Positions 53,167 to 64,000 of a DNA stretch of 64,000 nt are shown here, piece by piece. Made by a program: the position numbers and the translations under genes. Origin of the DNA: Octopus bimaculoides (lineage: Eukaryota); the NCBI RefSeq assembly GCF_001194135.2, contig NC_068984.1, positions 29,015,751 through 29,079,750 on the forward strand, given 5' to 3'. Below the pieces are notes generated by a model that was given only the letters and a program-made list of their open reading frames with translations, was not told where the DNA came from and ran no database searches. Position 1 is the first letter of the stretch. Each line of letters opens with the position of its first letter.

Positions 53167-53568
53167 TTCTTTTATTTTTGACTTGTTTCAATCACTGGGT
53201 TATGGCCATGCTGGGGCACTATTTTGGAGGGTTTAGCTGAACAAATCAACCCAGGACTCACATATGTTTTTAAAACCTAGTACTTATTATATCGGCCTCT
53301 TTTGCCAAACTGCTAAGTTATAAACAAACCAACACTACTAATCAAGTGGTGATGAGAGACAAAAACACAAAGATATATGCACACATATAGATACATGCAA
53401 ACACATAGATATATATATATATAAATACATGTGACAGGCTTGTCTACCAAATCCACTCACAAGGCTTTGGTCAGCCTGGGGCAACGGTAGAAGATCAAGA
53501 TGTCATGTAGTGGGACTGAACCCAGAACCATGTGTCTAAGAAGCAAAATTCTTACTACACAGCCACTG
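53167..53568 (-). mobile_element. SINE family B, near full length
   Basis: ttgtttcaatcactg...ggccatgctggggcac tail; ctaccaaatccactcacaaggctttggtc...gtgggactgaacccagaaccatgtg head, in reverse. Confidence 0.85.
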
Positions 53569-54189
53569 TATGAAAAGAGAGGCTCATCCAGTGGTTGTTG
53601 GTTCTAGATCACTGATATCCTGACACTTGCTTCTGTCATTTACACCAATGTAATAACGAATGACAATCGTTTCTTTCTCCATAATAAATTGCATTAATGT
53701 AGTCTCCAGTGCTACATCAATGCAATGTCCTCTTGATTGTTACCAGCCATGAAGGTATCATCTACACATCTTACCTTAGTTTCAAGCTTACGTGTTGTAC
53801 TTTCTGCAACTAAGTTTTTGAATTAGTCCATGTAACCATGTCAACCATTAAAGGTGGAAATGGTGAATCCAAAGCCATCCCTTCTTAATATTCATAAATT
53901 TGATTTTTGATTCAGGTGTTAGCTAGTTTTAATTACAGTGTTATTATTTGCATGATGTTATCACTTGATATTTTCATGCAGTTCTTCAAAATTTGTTCAG
54001 AAAAAATACCATGTCATATTTAGTTAATGCTCTTTACATTTTGAATTCAAATTCCACTAAGAACTTTGCCTTTCAACTTTCCAAGAATGATGAAATAAGA
54101 CACCAATCAAGTTCTGGCTTGACATAATCAACTAAGCCCTCCTCTCAAATTTCTGGATTTGTATCTCTATAAGAAATCCCTTGTGGGTA

Positions 54190-54490
54190 TTTAAAGAGTC
54201 TTTCTAGTCAGGACATTTCTAGTCAGGCAGCGCCTTGTTTCTTGGAACCATTGTAAATAGGCTCATCACATCAAGGCTAACCATTTGACAGGACATGATT
54301 GACCGGTGAACAACTAATTCTACAAAGTGTGCTAAATATTTCTTGTAAGAAGAATTTCTGTTCATGAAAGAGGTGGTAGACAGCATATGGCTCAGCAAAA
54401 GACATATTAAGTCTCAACACTTGTAACAGGCCTTTAAGTTACCATAGGTTTATGTATTTGGTGAGACTTACATATGTGGTACTTTAATAT
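54190..54490 (-). mobile_element. Penelope-like element reverse-transcriptase relic
   Basis: Minus strand QIHKPMVT*RPVTS (compare PKIHKPxxPLRPIVS) and QMVSLDVMSLFTMVP (compare VSFDVxSLFTNVP); multiple stops. Confidence 0.7.
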
Positions 54491-55666
54491 GAAGTTGGAT
54501 AGACTATTTGTATTAAGTCAGTAATTTGTGCTAATTTGAAGCCTGTTTCTGGATGTAGATGACTGATGTTGTACTGTAGTTCAGCAACATTGTGTGATAT
54601 CAGCCTTTACTGTTAAACAATATGAAAGATCATTATCAAAATTACTAGCACCATTTTTATCATAAATGCATTTCTGTATACAGAAAGATTGTGCACATGA
54701 AAAAGGTGTGTGGGGAGATTGTGTATGTGCATATTGCAACAGGATAAATACAAGGCAGTATTGTGGTACTCCAATTGAAGAATTGCAAATTCTGGATATT
54801 TTATGTCATTTTTTAAAGATGTGTTAAGTAATTTTGTGAAGGAAGTTTCTCTGTTTTCTAGAACTTAAAACAAAAGACATTGAGAAAGTTATATTTTAAA
54901 GAATATGCTCTAAGGATGCTTCTTTTAATTTATGACACCAGTTTGTAACATCATTTTTTTTTCAGACATAGTACATCTAGAAAAACTTCCACTTCTAAAA
55001 GGGTACAATGATCTGATGGTGATTTAGCAGCTATTTCTAATAGGTTGAACAACCAGGTAGAGGGCTCTTTGTTTCTTGTCATTTTAGGTATATTGTGAAT
55101 GTGTCCTTGATAAGTGGTCATGAGAAGAACAATAAATATTGATAATTTTATGTTGGAAAGAATTTTAAATAGAAGTAACATGACAAATAAAAATATAAAT
55201 ATTTATCTGAATAAGTCTTTAAGATGCATTGTTTTAAATTAAATATTTGAAAAGGTCTGGTGTATTGTATTCTACCAATTATAATCCAAAAACAAAATAA
55301 AAGTTTACAATATTATTTGTTCTATTAATTTCAGATTCTGGTTAGAATAAATTAAATGCATAAATTGATTAATATAGAATTATGGAGAAATAAGGAAATA
55401 GCATTTACACAGTGACACAAAAATCAGTAAAAATAAGAGAGGAAAATAGCAGTCTGTAATTTTGATTATTACATCAGAGTGTAAAATACTTGTTAGTCTA
55501 ATTCAGAAAAATAAATGGAAAGAAGAAATTTGGTCATTACAAATTTCAACAAAGAAGAGCTTAATTATAAATGGAAATTAGTGACAAATGAATATCATTT
55601 GTTCTGAAAAATCAATGTTGAAAATGGGTGGGATTAAAATATGGCTTCACCCCATTTTGTTTTATG

Positions 55667-55697
<31 letters not shown>

Positions 55698-55899
55698 GTA
55701 TTTTACTCTAAGCATAAAACAATTTTAGGTAAGGTTATAGACTATTTCAGACAATTTTTCAGACTATTTTATGCTTTTGAAAGATACTCTTTGAACTTCT
55801 GATGGGCTTAGATACTTATTTAATGGGTGTTATGGAATTATCACACTGTGCAAAACAGATTTGGCCAATCCTCTATGAAAACTTTTTCTTTCATAGTGA

Positions 55900-56042
55900 A
55901 AAAGAGAAAAAAGAAAAAAGACAGATGTAGAGATAAAAAGAAAAGAGTGTGGCAACAAAGGAATGAGTACAAGAATGAGAGAAAAAAAATAGAAGAAGCA
56001 AAAGGACTGAGAGAAGAAAGGAAAGAACAAATAAGAGAAACA

Positions 56043-56077
<35 letters not shown>

Positions 56078-56400
56078 AAGAAAGAGAGATAGAGAAGGAG
56101 GAATAGATTAAATAACTGAACAAGGGACAGACTGAATGAGAGAAAGAAATAACGAGGAAAGATAGAAAGTGAGAAACTAATAGACACAAGACTGATAAAT
56201 AAAAAAGCAAGGAGGTGTGGAATGAAATTATTGATGATAACGATAAGAGTAAGATACATGTATTAATGTATAAAGAGATGAAAAGTCTGAGAGATTGCGG
56301 AAAATAAGACACAAAAATCATGTTTGAGAGAAAGATGAAAGAAAAGTGAAGAATGAACTGGATACAAAGCGCAAAAGCTGAAACATAAAATGGAGAATAT
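55900..56400. repeat. Purine-rich block with (AG)n/(AGAC)n
   Basis: Read directly; source of ORFs 55827..56321. Confidence 0.9.
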
Positions 56401-56536
56401 AAAAAGCATATACATATTATTGTTAATATATTATTACAACATATAAATTATAATTCAATACTGTTCATTATCATTATATATATGGCTTTATTATTACAGT
56501 ACTGAGGCAATAATCTACAGCAGAATACCCATCTTA

Positions 56537-57598
56537 TCGGGTTATCCCATAAATAATGCGGTTTTTTTATACTTCTTTTATTTTTCAAAATTATGATAAA
56601 CAAAGTTCATTTTTAATCTAAAATATACTCTCCTTCATTTTCTACAATACTCTTCCATCTATCTGGTAGACCTGAAAGGCCCCTATTCCAAAATTCACTT
56701 GTCTGTGACGAGAAATACTCTTCAAACCAGAGATGGTTGTTCTTCTTCTAGTGCTCATTTAAGCTGCTCAAAGTGGATCTCCTTTGTTATCGTTTGGTAT
56801 GGGTTTAAAAGTTAAAATTGTACTAAACCTCTCATAAACCATCAAACAGATAACAACACCTTACAGAGGTGAAGACCTTTATCTTGGGGTATCGGTGTTT
56901 CTCCTTTCCCTACCCATTGTTTTCAGTGGTTGACATTTTTATAGCGAACCCATTTCTCATCACCAGTCACTATTCAGTCCAAAAAAGGTTCATTCGTGAG
57001 ACGTGACAGACAGCAAAGAACACTCATTTACTCTCTGTACGCGAACAGACTAGGAAAGTTTGTGAGGAACCCGCTGACCCAATTTGCTAACTTTTCTGAT
57101 GGCATGCAGGTGTCAATGAATGGTTGAATGACCAGATCCAAGCATCTCTGTTTGTTCCTCAACAGTTACAATGTGATTTTGTTTCACCAGGGCTTGCAGG
57201 ATGTCCCTGTTGAGTACTACAGCTCTTCGAGAACAAGGCACGTCTTCTAGGCTGTAGGTTCCAGCTTGGAATTTCTGGAACCACCGTTGACACTGGCTTA
57301 CACTTATTGTCCGATCCCCATATACTGCATTAATATTTCTCACACTTTCCGTTGCACTGTTGCCTTTATTGAATTCATAAAGCAAAACATGCCAAATATG
57401 TTTGCCACTTCCATTACAGCATTGAAAAAATAACTGTTAAAATTGAACAGTACTCTTCAAAACTTGTAGTAAAAATAAGGACAAGGTAAAATTACTACCT
57501 GCTTTTATAGCAAGTTAATGCAGGTAGTTTATCCCGTCCCTCTCCAACTTTTAGTTCATGCAAATGAAAAAAAACGCATTATTTATGAAATGATCCAA
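56537..57598 (-). mobile_element. Mariner element, internally deleted and frameshifted
   Basis: TIRs tcgggttatcccataaataatgcggttttt versus the reverse complement of aaaaacgcattatttatgaaatgatccaa, with TA at 56535-36 and 57599-600. Coding relics are HTH region LLYEFNKGNSATESVRNINAVYG...QRWFQKF, RVPHKL (WVPHEL motif), IVTGDEKWV and the C-terminus LPDRWKSIVENEGEYILD*. Confidence 0.92.
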
Positions 57599-57719
57599 TA
57601 CTTATTTCCTAAACTACTTTATTCCACAGCTTTTTGATTATTGACCAGCTGTACTGTGGGATATATTGTTTATTCAGAACAAAAACATCACCATTGGCCT
57701 AGGCAGTGACAGTATGAAG

Positions 57720-57900
57720 ACACATGAAGACAAATACATACACACACAACAGGCTTCCATATAGTTTTCATCACAAGCGACAGGGCATTATCCAACCCAT
57801 TGCCATAGCAGGAGACACTTCACCAAGGTACAACATAGTGAGATCAAACTGAAACCCTACTGTTACAAAGTGAGCTTGTAAAGCTTCTTAACTACATAGC
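57720..57900 (-). mobile_element. SINE family B, degraded
   Basis: acaggcttccatatagtttt...gccatagcaggagacactt...caaggtac resembles the reverse family B body. Confidence 0.45.
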
Positions 57901-58222
57901 ATTGCAAATATATATCATTTTGAAAACATTCATATCATTTATGTCTTCTATACTTGGTCAGTAAGCTGTACAAATTCTCATAATGTTTTGTTTGGTATGG
58001 AAATAGCACAGATGGTGATAATGTTTTAAGCTGGGAAAGCCCTTTTATTGAAGACACATCAAACATGCAAAAGTAAATTTATTACAACTCATTTCCTAGC
58101 ATATTGTCTCAGTATTTCAGTGCCAACAAATAAACTGCCAATATGCAAATAACCATAAACCAATGCATGTTGCTCATTGCATTTTTCACGAGTTGTTGTA
58201 AGCCTCTCTCTGTTTCTCTCTA

Positions 58223-58262
<40 letters not shown>

Positions 58263-58741
58263 ATATAAACTCACTTGACAAGCCAGTAATGACCAGGCAA
58301 ATCTAGTCAAAATGTTCTTGGGTCCATCTTGTACAGAGTCAGTCATTTAATACGAAGATTTATTTACACAGTGATACTAAATGCATGTTTATTAAACAAA
58401 TACAAGTAAACACATTATCACATATATGTGTGTGTATGTGTTTGTCTCAGGATGTCTTCATGTTGGCAAAGCTTGACCACCAGTAACATATGTTAATACT
58501 TGTAAAAAATGTCTGATAGCTCAGTTTTATTGGTTTTTACACATAAAGTAAAAATACCTAACTTGGAGGTGTACTGAGCTATTGAGTAGTGCCTAAGTTT
58601 CATCTAACCTTTGCCAGTATAGAAAAAGAGGACATTAAAATGAAGAGGAGAAGGACACTATATGTATATGCATAAATGTAGTCATATAACAAAATCATTC
58701 TATAAAAGAGGCCTTATTACAACATTATAGCAAGTTTTCAA

Positions 58742-58951
58742 GGGCGGTGAGCTGGCACAATTGATAACACACTGGACGAAATGTTTAGCGGTATTTCACC
58801 CATCGTTATGTTCTGAGTTCAAATTCCAGAGGTTGACTTTGTCTTTCATCCTTTCAGGGTCGATAAATTAAGTACCAGTTACGTACTGGTGTCGATGTAA
58901 TCAATTATCCCCCTCCTCCAAATTTCAGGCCTTGTGTATGTAGTAGAATGG
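58742..58951 (+). mobile_element. SINE family C with intact 18-bp target-site duplication
   Basis: A-box-like ggtgagctggcac and B-box-like gagttcaaattcc; TSD attatagcaagttttcaa at 58724-58741 and 58952-58969. Confidence 0.92.
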
Positions 58952-60854
58952 ATTATAGCAAGTTTTCAATTAAGCATTCTTTTTAATATATCATGTATTC
59001 TGCATATTCTACACTGAATTATGAATTTGCCACATGTCATTGTGAAACTTTCTATCTTGTGAATTTTACAATTCACTTGCATTCCCAAATTTGCAATTTT
59101 TAGCCTTCCTAATTATTATTTGACAACATCACTTACATGATATTGAAAGTAAAGGTATATAATATTTATGAAGATGCTTTGTTCCTTCAGGCTGCCTTCG
59201 CAGATACATGACTCTTAAACTCTAAGATTTGACATGATGGTTCTTGTTATAAGAATGCAGTGTTATTGTTATGTCATCATTATTATTACATAAGTGAACA
59301 ACCACTGTCTTCCACATTCCTAACATTTCAACTACTAAAGTGATAATACCAGAATAAACAAACAACTATAATACACACAACTCACTTCAATAAACCCATA
59401 AACACCACAATAATTCTTATTTTATCACATTAGGATGCTTTTATTTTCTTTTGAATTTTTTCTTTTCTATATTTCCATATTGCTTTCTATTCTTGCAGAA
59501 TATAATAGCACTGAAATATTGCCAGTTTTGTCAATTATTTGATCAAAATATTGGCTTCTTCAGCATTAAGGACAGAAATACGTAGCAATACAATAGTAAA
59601 AGCAGAAATTTCCAATGTATGATTAAATATTCTTCTCATTGACAGACAAATTGATTGAAGGCCATGCAACTGGGCAAAAGTTACAAGAATAACTGATTGC
59701 TTATAGTAATGGCAACAGCTTGAAAAGTATCCAGAAAGACAGATAGAAGCTATAATGAAATCACGTCTTGCACAAAAAGAATCAGAAGCTATATATCTGA
59801 CAAGACATAAAGCTAAGTAGATTGATCGGTGTACTTAATATTACATAATCCTTATTGACAAGAAAAGGGGTTATCGATTGGTGTTGACCATTTCTTCTGC
59901 TGCGTTAGAGCCCAATCAAATTTTATGCTAGTCTTGTTTCACAGGACACAACAGAGATAAAGAAGACAAAAGAAAATTATATAGGTGAAAGAAAGGAAAG
60001 GAATGATTAGGGGATAGAATTATGTTAATTAATAATACTTGAGTCCAAATTCAAGAAATGGCTAGAGATTGACTGCTTAATCCATTGATTTATAAACACA
60101 GCCACACAAGTCAGAATACTAGAAAATGAAAACAAATTTAAAGAATTATAGAAGTGTATTCACAAACATACATGATATATGTGTGAGTAGAGTATATATA
60201 TATATATATATATTCACACAAACTGGTTTATACACACACAAGAATGTAAGTGCAAAATAAAGGGTAAAAACAGAATTAGTACCAAAGGTAGAGAACAAAA
60301 GTATTTTATTGAAGCTGAAAAGACTTCACAAGCTGTTACTCAGAGTTTCACATGACCAAATTCGGATAGTCAAGTGTATTTAGAACAATGCAATGCTTTA
60401 TAGATATTCATGAATATTCATAATTACTAAGTAGACATTTAAAACTGGCTGAGCAGGAAAGTTGCTTTTTGAAATAATGGGAATACAGAGAATGAGAAAG
60501 ACCTTATCAGATATAAAAAGTTGCAAGTGATAAAATATTGGAATTAAAATGGAAATTGAAATCAAAAATTATTTGAAGAAATCAAGAGAAAATGAGTACC
60601 ACAAAATAAATGAAAAATAATAAGCTTATTAAATTGTGGTCATGGATGAAAATGGAATAGAAACACATGAAAGTTAGGGAGAAAGAGAATGAGAAAAAGA
60701 AAGAAGTATAAAGAAAACACCGAAATTAAGTGATACATACAGGCATCCGTTACATTAATATATCATGTAACCAATACCGACATCATCACTTCTAACACTA
60801 AATGTTACAATAGGCACAAATAAACCTACAGTCTCCAATACACAGCCAACCAGC

Positions 60855-61151
60855 AACTGCTCAATGGGAGGATCCTAGCTCTTAAGTGGTGTGCTCTATA
60901 GAGCCACCCTCACTCCATCTGATTGTATTACAAGGTACTACACAAACATGAGAGCTAATAAGTTCAAGGGAAGGTATATAAAGTATTTGTACTCTTTCAA
61001 GAGCAGGAATAGGGAAAACACCTAGCTGTCCTGTTTTATCTGGAGGTTCTATGATCACTGGAAGGTCTTCCCCAAGATTGAATGGACTATCATTGAAGGC
61101 ACCCGTCCATACTCACTTAGAGCATGCAAATGCCAATTCTGTATACATAAC
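60855..61151 (+). mobile_element. Penelope-like element GIY-YIG endonuclease relic
   Basis: One frame reads NCSMGGS*LLSGVLYRATLT...RYYTNMRANKFKGRYIKYLYSF...NT*LSCFIWR...KIEWTIIEGTRPYSLRACKCQFC. This matches the PLE pattern NCPLxGxCL..vIYxAT...YIG.T...FK.RY..H..SF...T.LS.Y.W...I.W.I....Y....C.LC. Confidence 0.65.
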
Positions 61152-61344
61152 TGTTGGAGGGTGGGATCTGTCTATATTTGTGTCATTTTGTCTCCAAATG
61201 AGCATGAAATGAAATGTTATGAGTAAGCATTGGCAATAAGAGTAGATTCAATTAACATAAATGTCTGCTTCAAGAAAGACCTACACAAGCATAGAAAAGT
61301 TGATGCTAAGATAAGAAGTAGGAAGATATATATGTGTGTATGTG

Positions 61345-61384
<40 letters not shown>

Positions 61385-61874
61385 TATTAATCGAAGTGTA
61401 CACTATTATATATCCATTGTGGCTTATCTCACCAATCACTAGGGGTTCAATGGAGTGTTAGGTAACAGTCCAATTATGTAATCCTGTGTTCATCAGAGGT
61501 AGCAATTATAGAATGAAATGGAGGTGCATGAACACATCTAGTTTGTGGCTGCTGTGAAAAAGATGATGAAACAAATCAAGCAGAGGATTGTGTTAAGAGT
61601 TATGTCCCTTGGTACCAAAACCTCATTTGTCGTAGGTCAGCAAGAGTTTTCTGAAAAGCGTTTGTGGGAAATGTGTATGCCTTCAAAGTCGGTATTCTTG
61701 TGGAAATGGAATGTGTGTAGTGGTACTATATGTACAGCCCTTGTGGGGACGGGGAGATACACTTCTGTGTTTGTTAGTGTGTTTCCTTTCCTTTATGTAT
61801 TGGTTAAATTCGCGGGGCATCTACGTGTGCATGTGGTGTGTGTGTGTAGGGGTACAATATGTATACAGTGTATA

Positions 61875-61905
<31 letters not shown>

Positions 61906-62808
61906 TTATTCATTCATGTTCACACACACACACACACACACATGATTATGAGTGTTTGTTGATCTAAATGAAATGGCAAAGAAGACTTCAATAATTATTC
62001 ACAGAAACACGTTTGACACTGATGAATCAGAAAGAGGCAAATGAAAAAAGAAAACAACCGAATCAATTTTCGTCAGAGAGAAATATTTTCAGCAAAAGCA
62101 AATCATCCTGACATTAGATTATGTAGTTAAAGCGTCAATCTGAAAGCATTATAAAACCTTTCCGGGCAACTATAAACAAGAAATAACAAATATTAGTACA
62201 ATAAAGAAGGAATATAGCAAATGATAAAGGAATATTTAAAATATCCTTCAAGTTAATGAATACTGCAGTCAGTAGTCCAAACCTTTAATGCAACAGACAG
62301 AACAATTTTAAAGTTTCAAAATTTTTCTCTTTTTCTGTCTATAATATAAAATGAATAAAATATTTGTCGTAAAACGATGCTTTAAATTCTTCAATAAGAA
62401 AAGTGATGCATCATCAATTAGAGTTTAAGATACATAGTTTAAGACTGGAAGACAAGAGATGGTCTAAAATATGTCACAGGGAGGGCAATACAGACCTCAG
62501 TAAAAGAGGTTATTCATCTTCTAAACTAAAACGCTGGCACCCAACCTATAAAATAACTGCGTAGTCCTACAATATGTTTCACATAACATTTTGCAATATG
62601 GAAGTTCAACATTTTCCTAAATTGCTACAGCACTGACCTCCACAGCCTTTAGAAATCGGTAAAAGATATATAAGAATAAATTAAGAATTTGATGAAAACT
62701 ATAAACAAAATGGAATTAATTTTGAAAAGTCTATTATGCACATATGATGATATATGTATCAAGTAAAAACATTGCTCTACATATTTAGTACTTCGTATGA
62801 TTTTCTGA

Positions 62809-62845
<37 letters not shown>

Positions 62846-62848
62846 ACA

Positions 62849-63055
62849 AGTGTAGGCTGCATAGTTAAGAAGTTCTCTTCACAGTTACATGGTTTGGGGT
62901 TCAGTTCAACTTTGTAGTACTTCAGGCAGATGTCTTCTACTATAGCTACTGGCTTTCTGGGTGAAATTGCTTGATAGAAACTGCAAAACATTCCTTTTAC
63001 ATATAAATGTGTGTGAGTGCATGCGTGCGTGTGTGTGTCCCCATGTCTTAATATC
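62849..63055 (+). mobile_element. SINE family B, degraded
   Basis: ggctgcatagttaagaagttc...ggggttcagttc...gtcttctactatagc. Confidence 0.65.
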
Positions 63056-63164
63056 AGATGCTAACTGTACTGTAAATAGGCTTCACTATCATATGACTGG
63101 CATTGTTTGTCTGAAATCTTCAATAAAAACATGTTCTGACTAGGAGAAGGAAAGGAGTGAGGGC

Positions 63165-63265
63165 CCGAGGAAAAGCATCTGGTCACAAAATTCCAGTGTT
63201 AATGGATTCCTTTTGATCCATGCAAGCATGGGAAAGTTGATTTTAAGACAATGAATGATGATGAA
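63165..63265 (+). mobile_element. RTE-type tail fragment
   Basis: ggaaaagcatctggtcacaaaa...ccatgcaagcatgggaaag...gatgatga. Confidence 0.55.
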
Positions 63266-64000
63266 TAATAATAGGTAATCTAAAGCTGCTTTATTTTATA
63301 TTTTGAAAAATTGGAGTTTAGTACGAGGGAAAAAATGAAGTTCCATAAGTGTGTGCATGTCTTTTGAGTAATGAAGTGGAGCTATGTGCATACATATGTA
63401 TTTATATATAGGTACCGTATGTTTCTGGTACAAGCATTTGTGCGTGTAGTTACATATGTTCAGTATACATACATTCACACATACATACACACCACAACAT
63501 TTAAGCTTCTATTTAAAATAAAAGAAACATAACAGAAGACTACAAATGTATGACTTTCTAACATTCTGCAAAGAAATTACTTTGCTCAGAAGAAATCGCT
63601 GAATGTTGGCAGTGACCTTTTAAGTCAGAAAAGGCTAACCTAGGTACTTATTCTTCTATTGTGCCTGTCTGATATTTCCTTTCCATTCGGGCTCTTTCTC
63701 ACAGAGAATAGAAGCTAATTCAATAATTTAAATACACTCGTAGACTACACATATATGCGATCTCACTACTTCACTTGTTTCACTTGTTCAGTTTTCTGCC
63801 TGTATCTTATTGTTTTTATGCATATCTCTTATCCCTCTTTTTGTCATTCTATTCTCTCTCTTTCTTGCTCTCTTCTCTCTTTCAGAAAAACTCACTCTCA
63901 GCCTGTTTTTTTTCCATCCTCTCTTTCTCTCCCCCTTTCTCTCCCACTTATCTATATCACTCTTAACCAAATCTAAAAGTTCTTTTCTCCCATCTTTGTG

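Noticed and set aside
58742-58830. tRNA genes
   Set aside because: A/B-box-like heads continue into SINE bodies and no cloverleaf could be folded; no true tRNA, rRNA or CRISPR array was seen.
61545-61967. 140-aa plus-strand ORF
   Set aside because: No recognisable motif; the 3' half is microsatellite-derived. The 5' half is probably an unidentified repeat.
63322-63350. tacgagggaaaaaatgaagttcc resembling a mariner TIR
   Set aside because: No partner TIR or transposase sequence found nearby.

Overview
Eukaryotic, AT-rich, essentially non-coding window with three assembly gaps. The repeat landscape resembles a coleoid cephalopod, probably Octopus; this is inferred from repeat character, not a database match. 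No host protein-coding exon could be identified with confidence. Nearly all ORF-track entries are microsatellite, low-complexity or N-gap artefacts. The real coding signal is all transposon relic: a Helitron Pif1-like helicase pseudogene with its 3' hairpin/CTAG end (about 25.8-28.6 kb), two internally deleted mariner elements with TIRs and TA duplications, many 5'-truncated RTE-clade LINE 3' ends, and Penelope-like RT and GIY-YIG relics. Several tRNA-headed SINE families and three MITE types are also present. The most unusual locus is 14.2-15.1 kb. A 490-bp unit sits between two (TA)n runs and carries a minimal type-I hammerhead-ribozyme-like motif (minus strand, 14787-14831). It also carries a 100%-identical 228-bp inverted copy of the host DNA just upstream, so the ribozyme motif lies in the loop of a perfect long hairpin. 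Secondary leads are zero-length-exon (recursive splice) type CAG|GTAAGT sites and modular SINE/LINE tail sharing.
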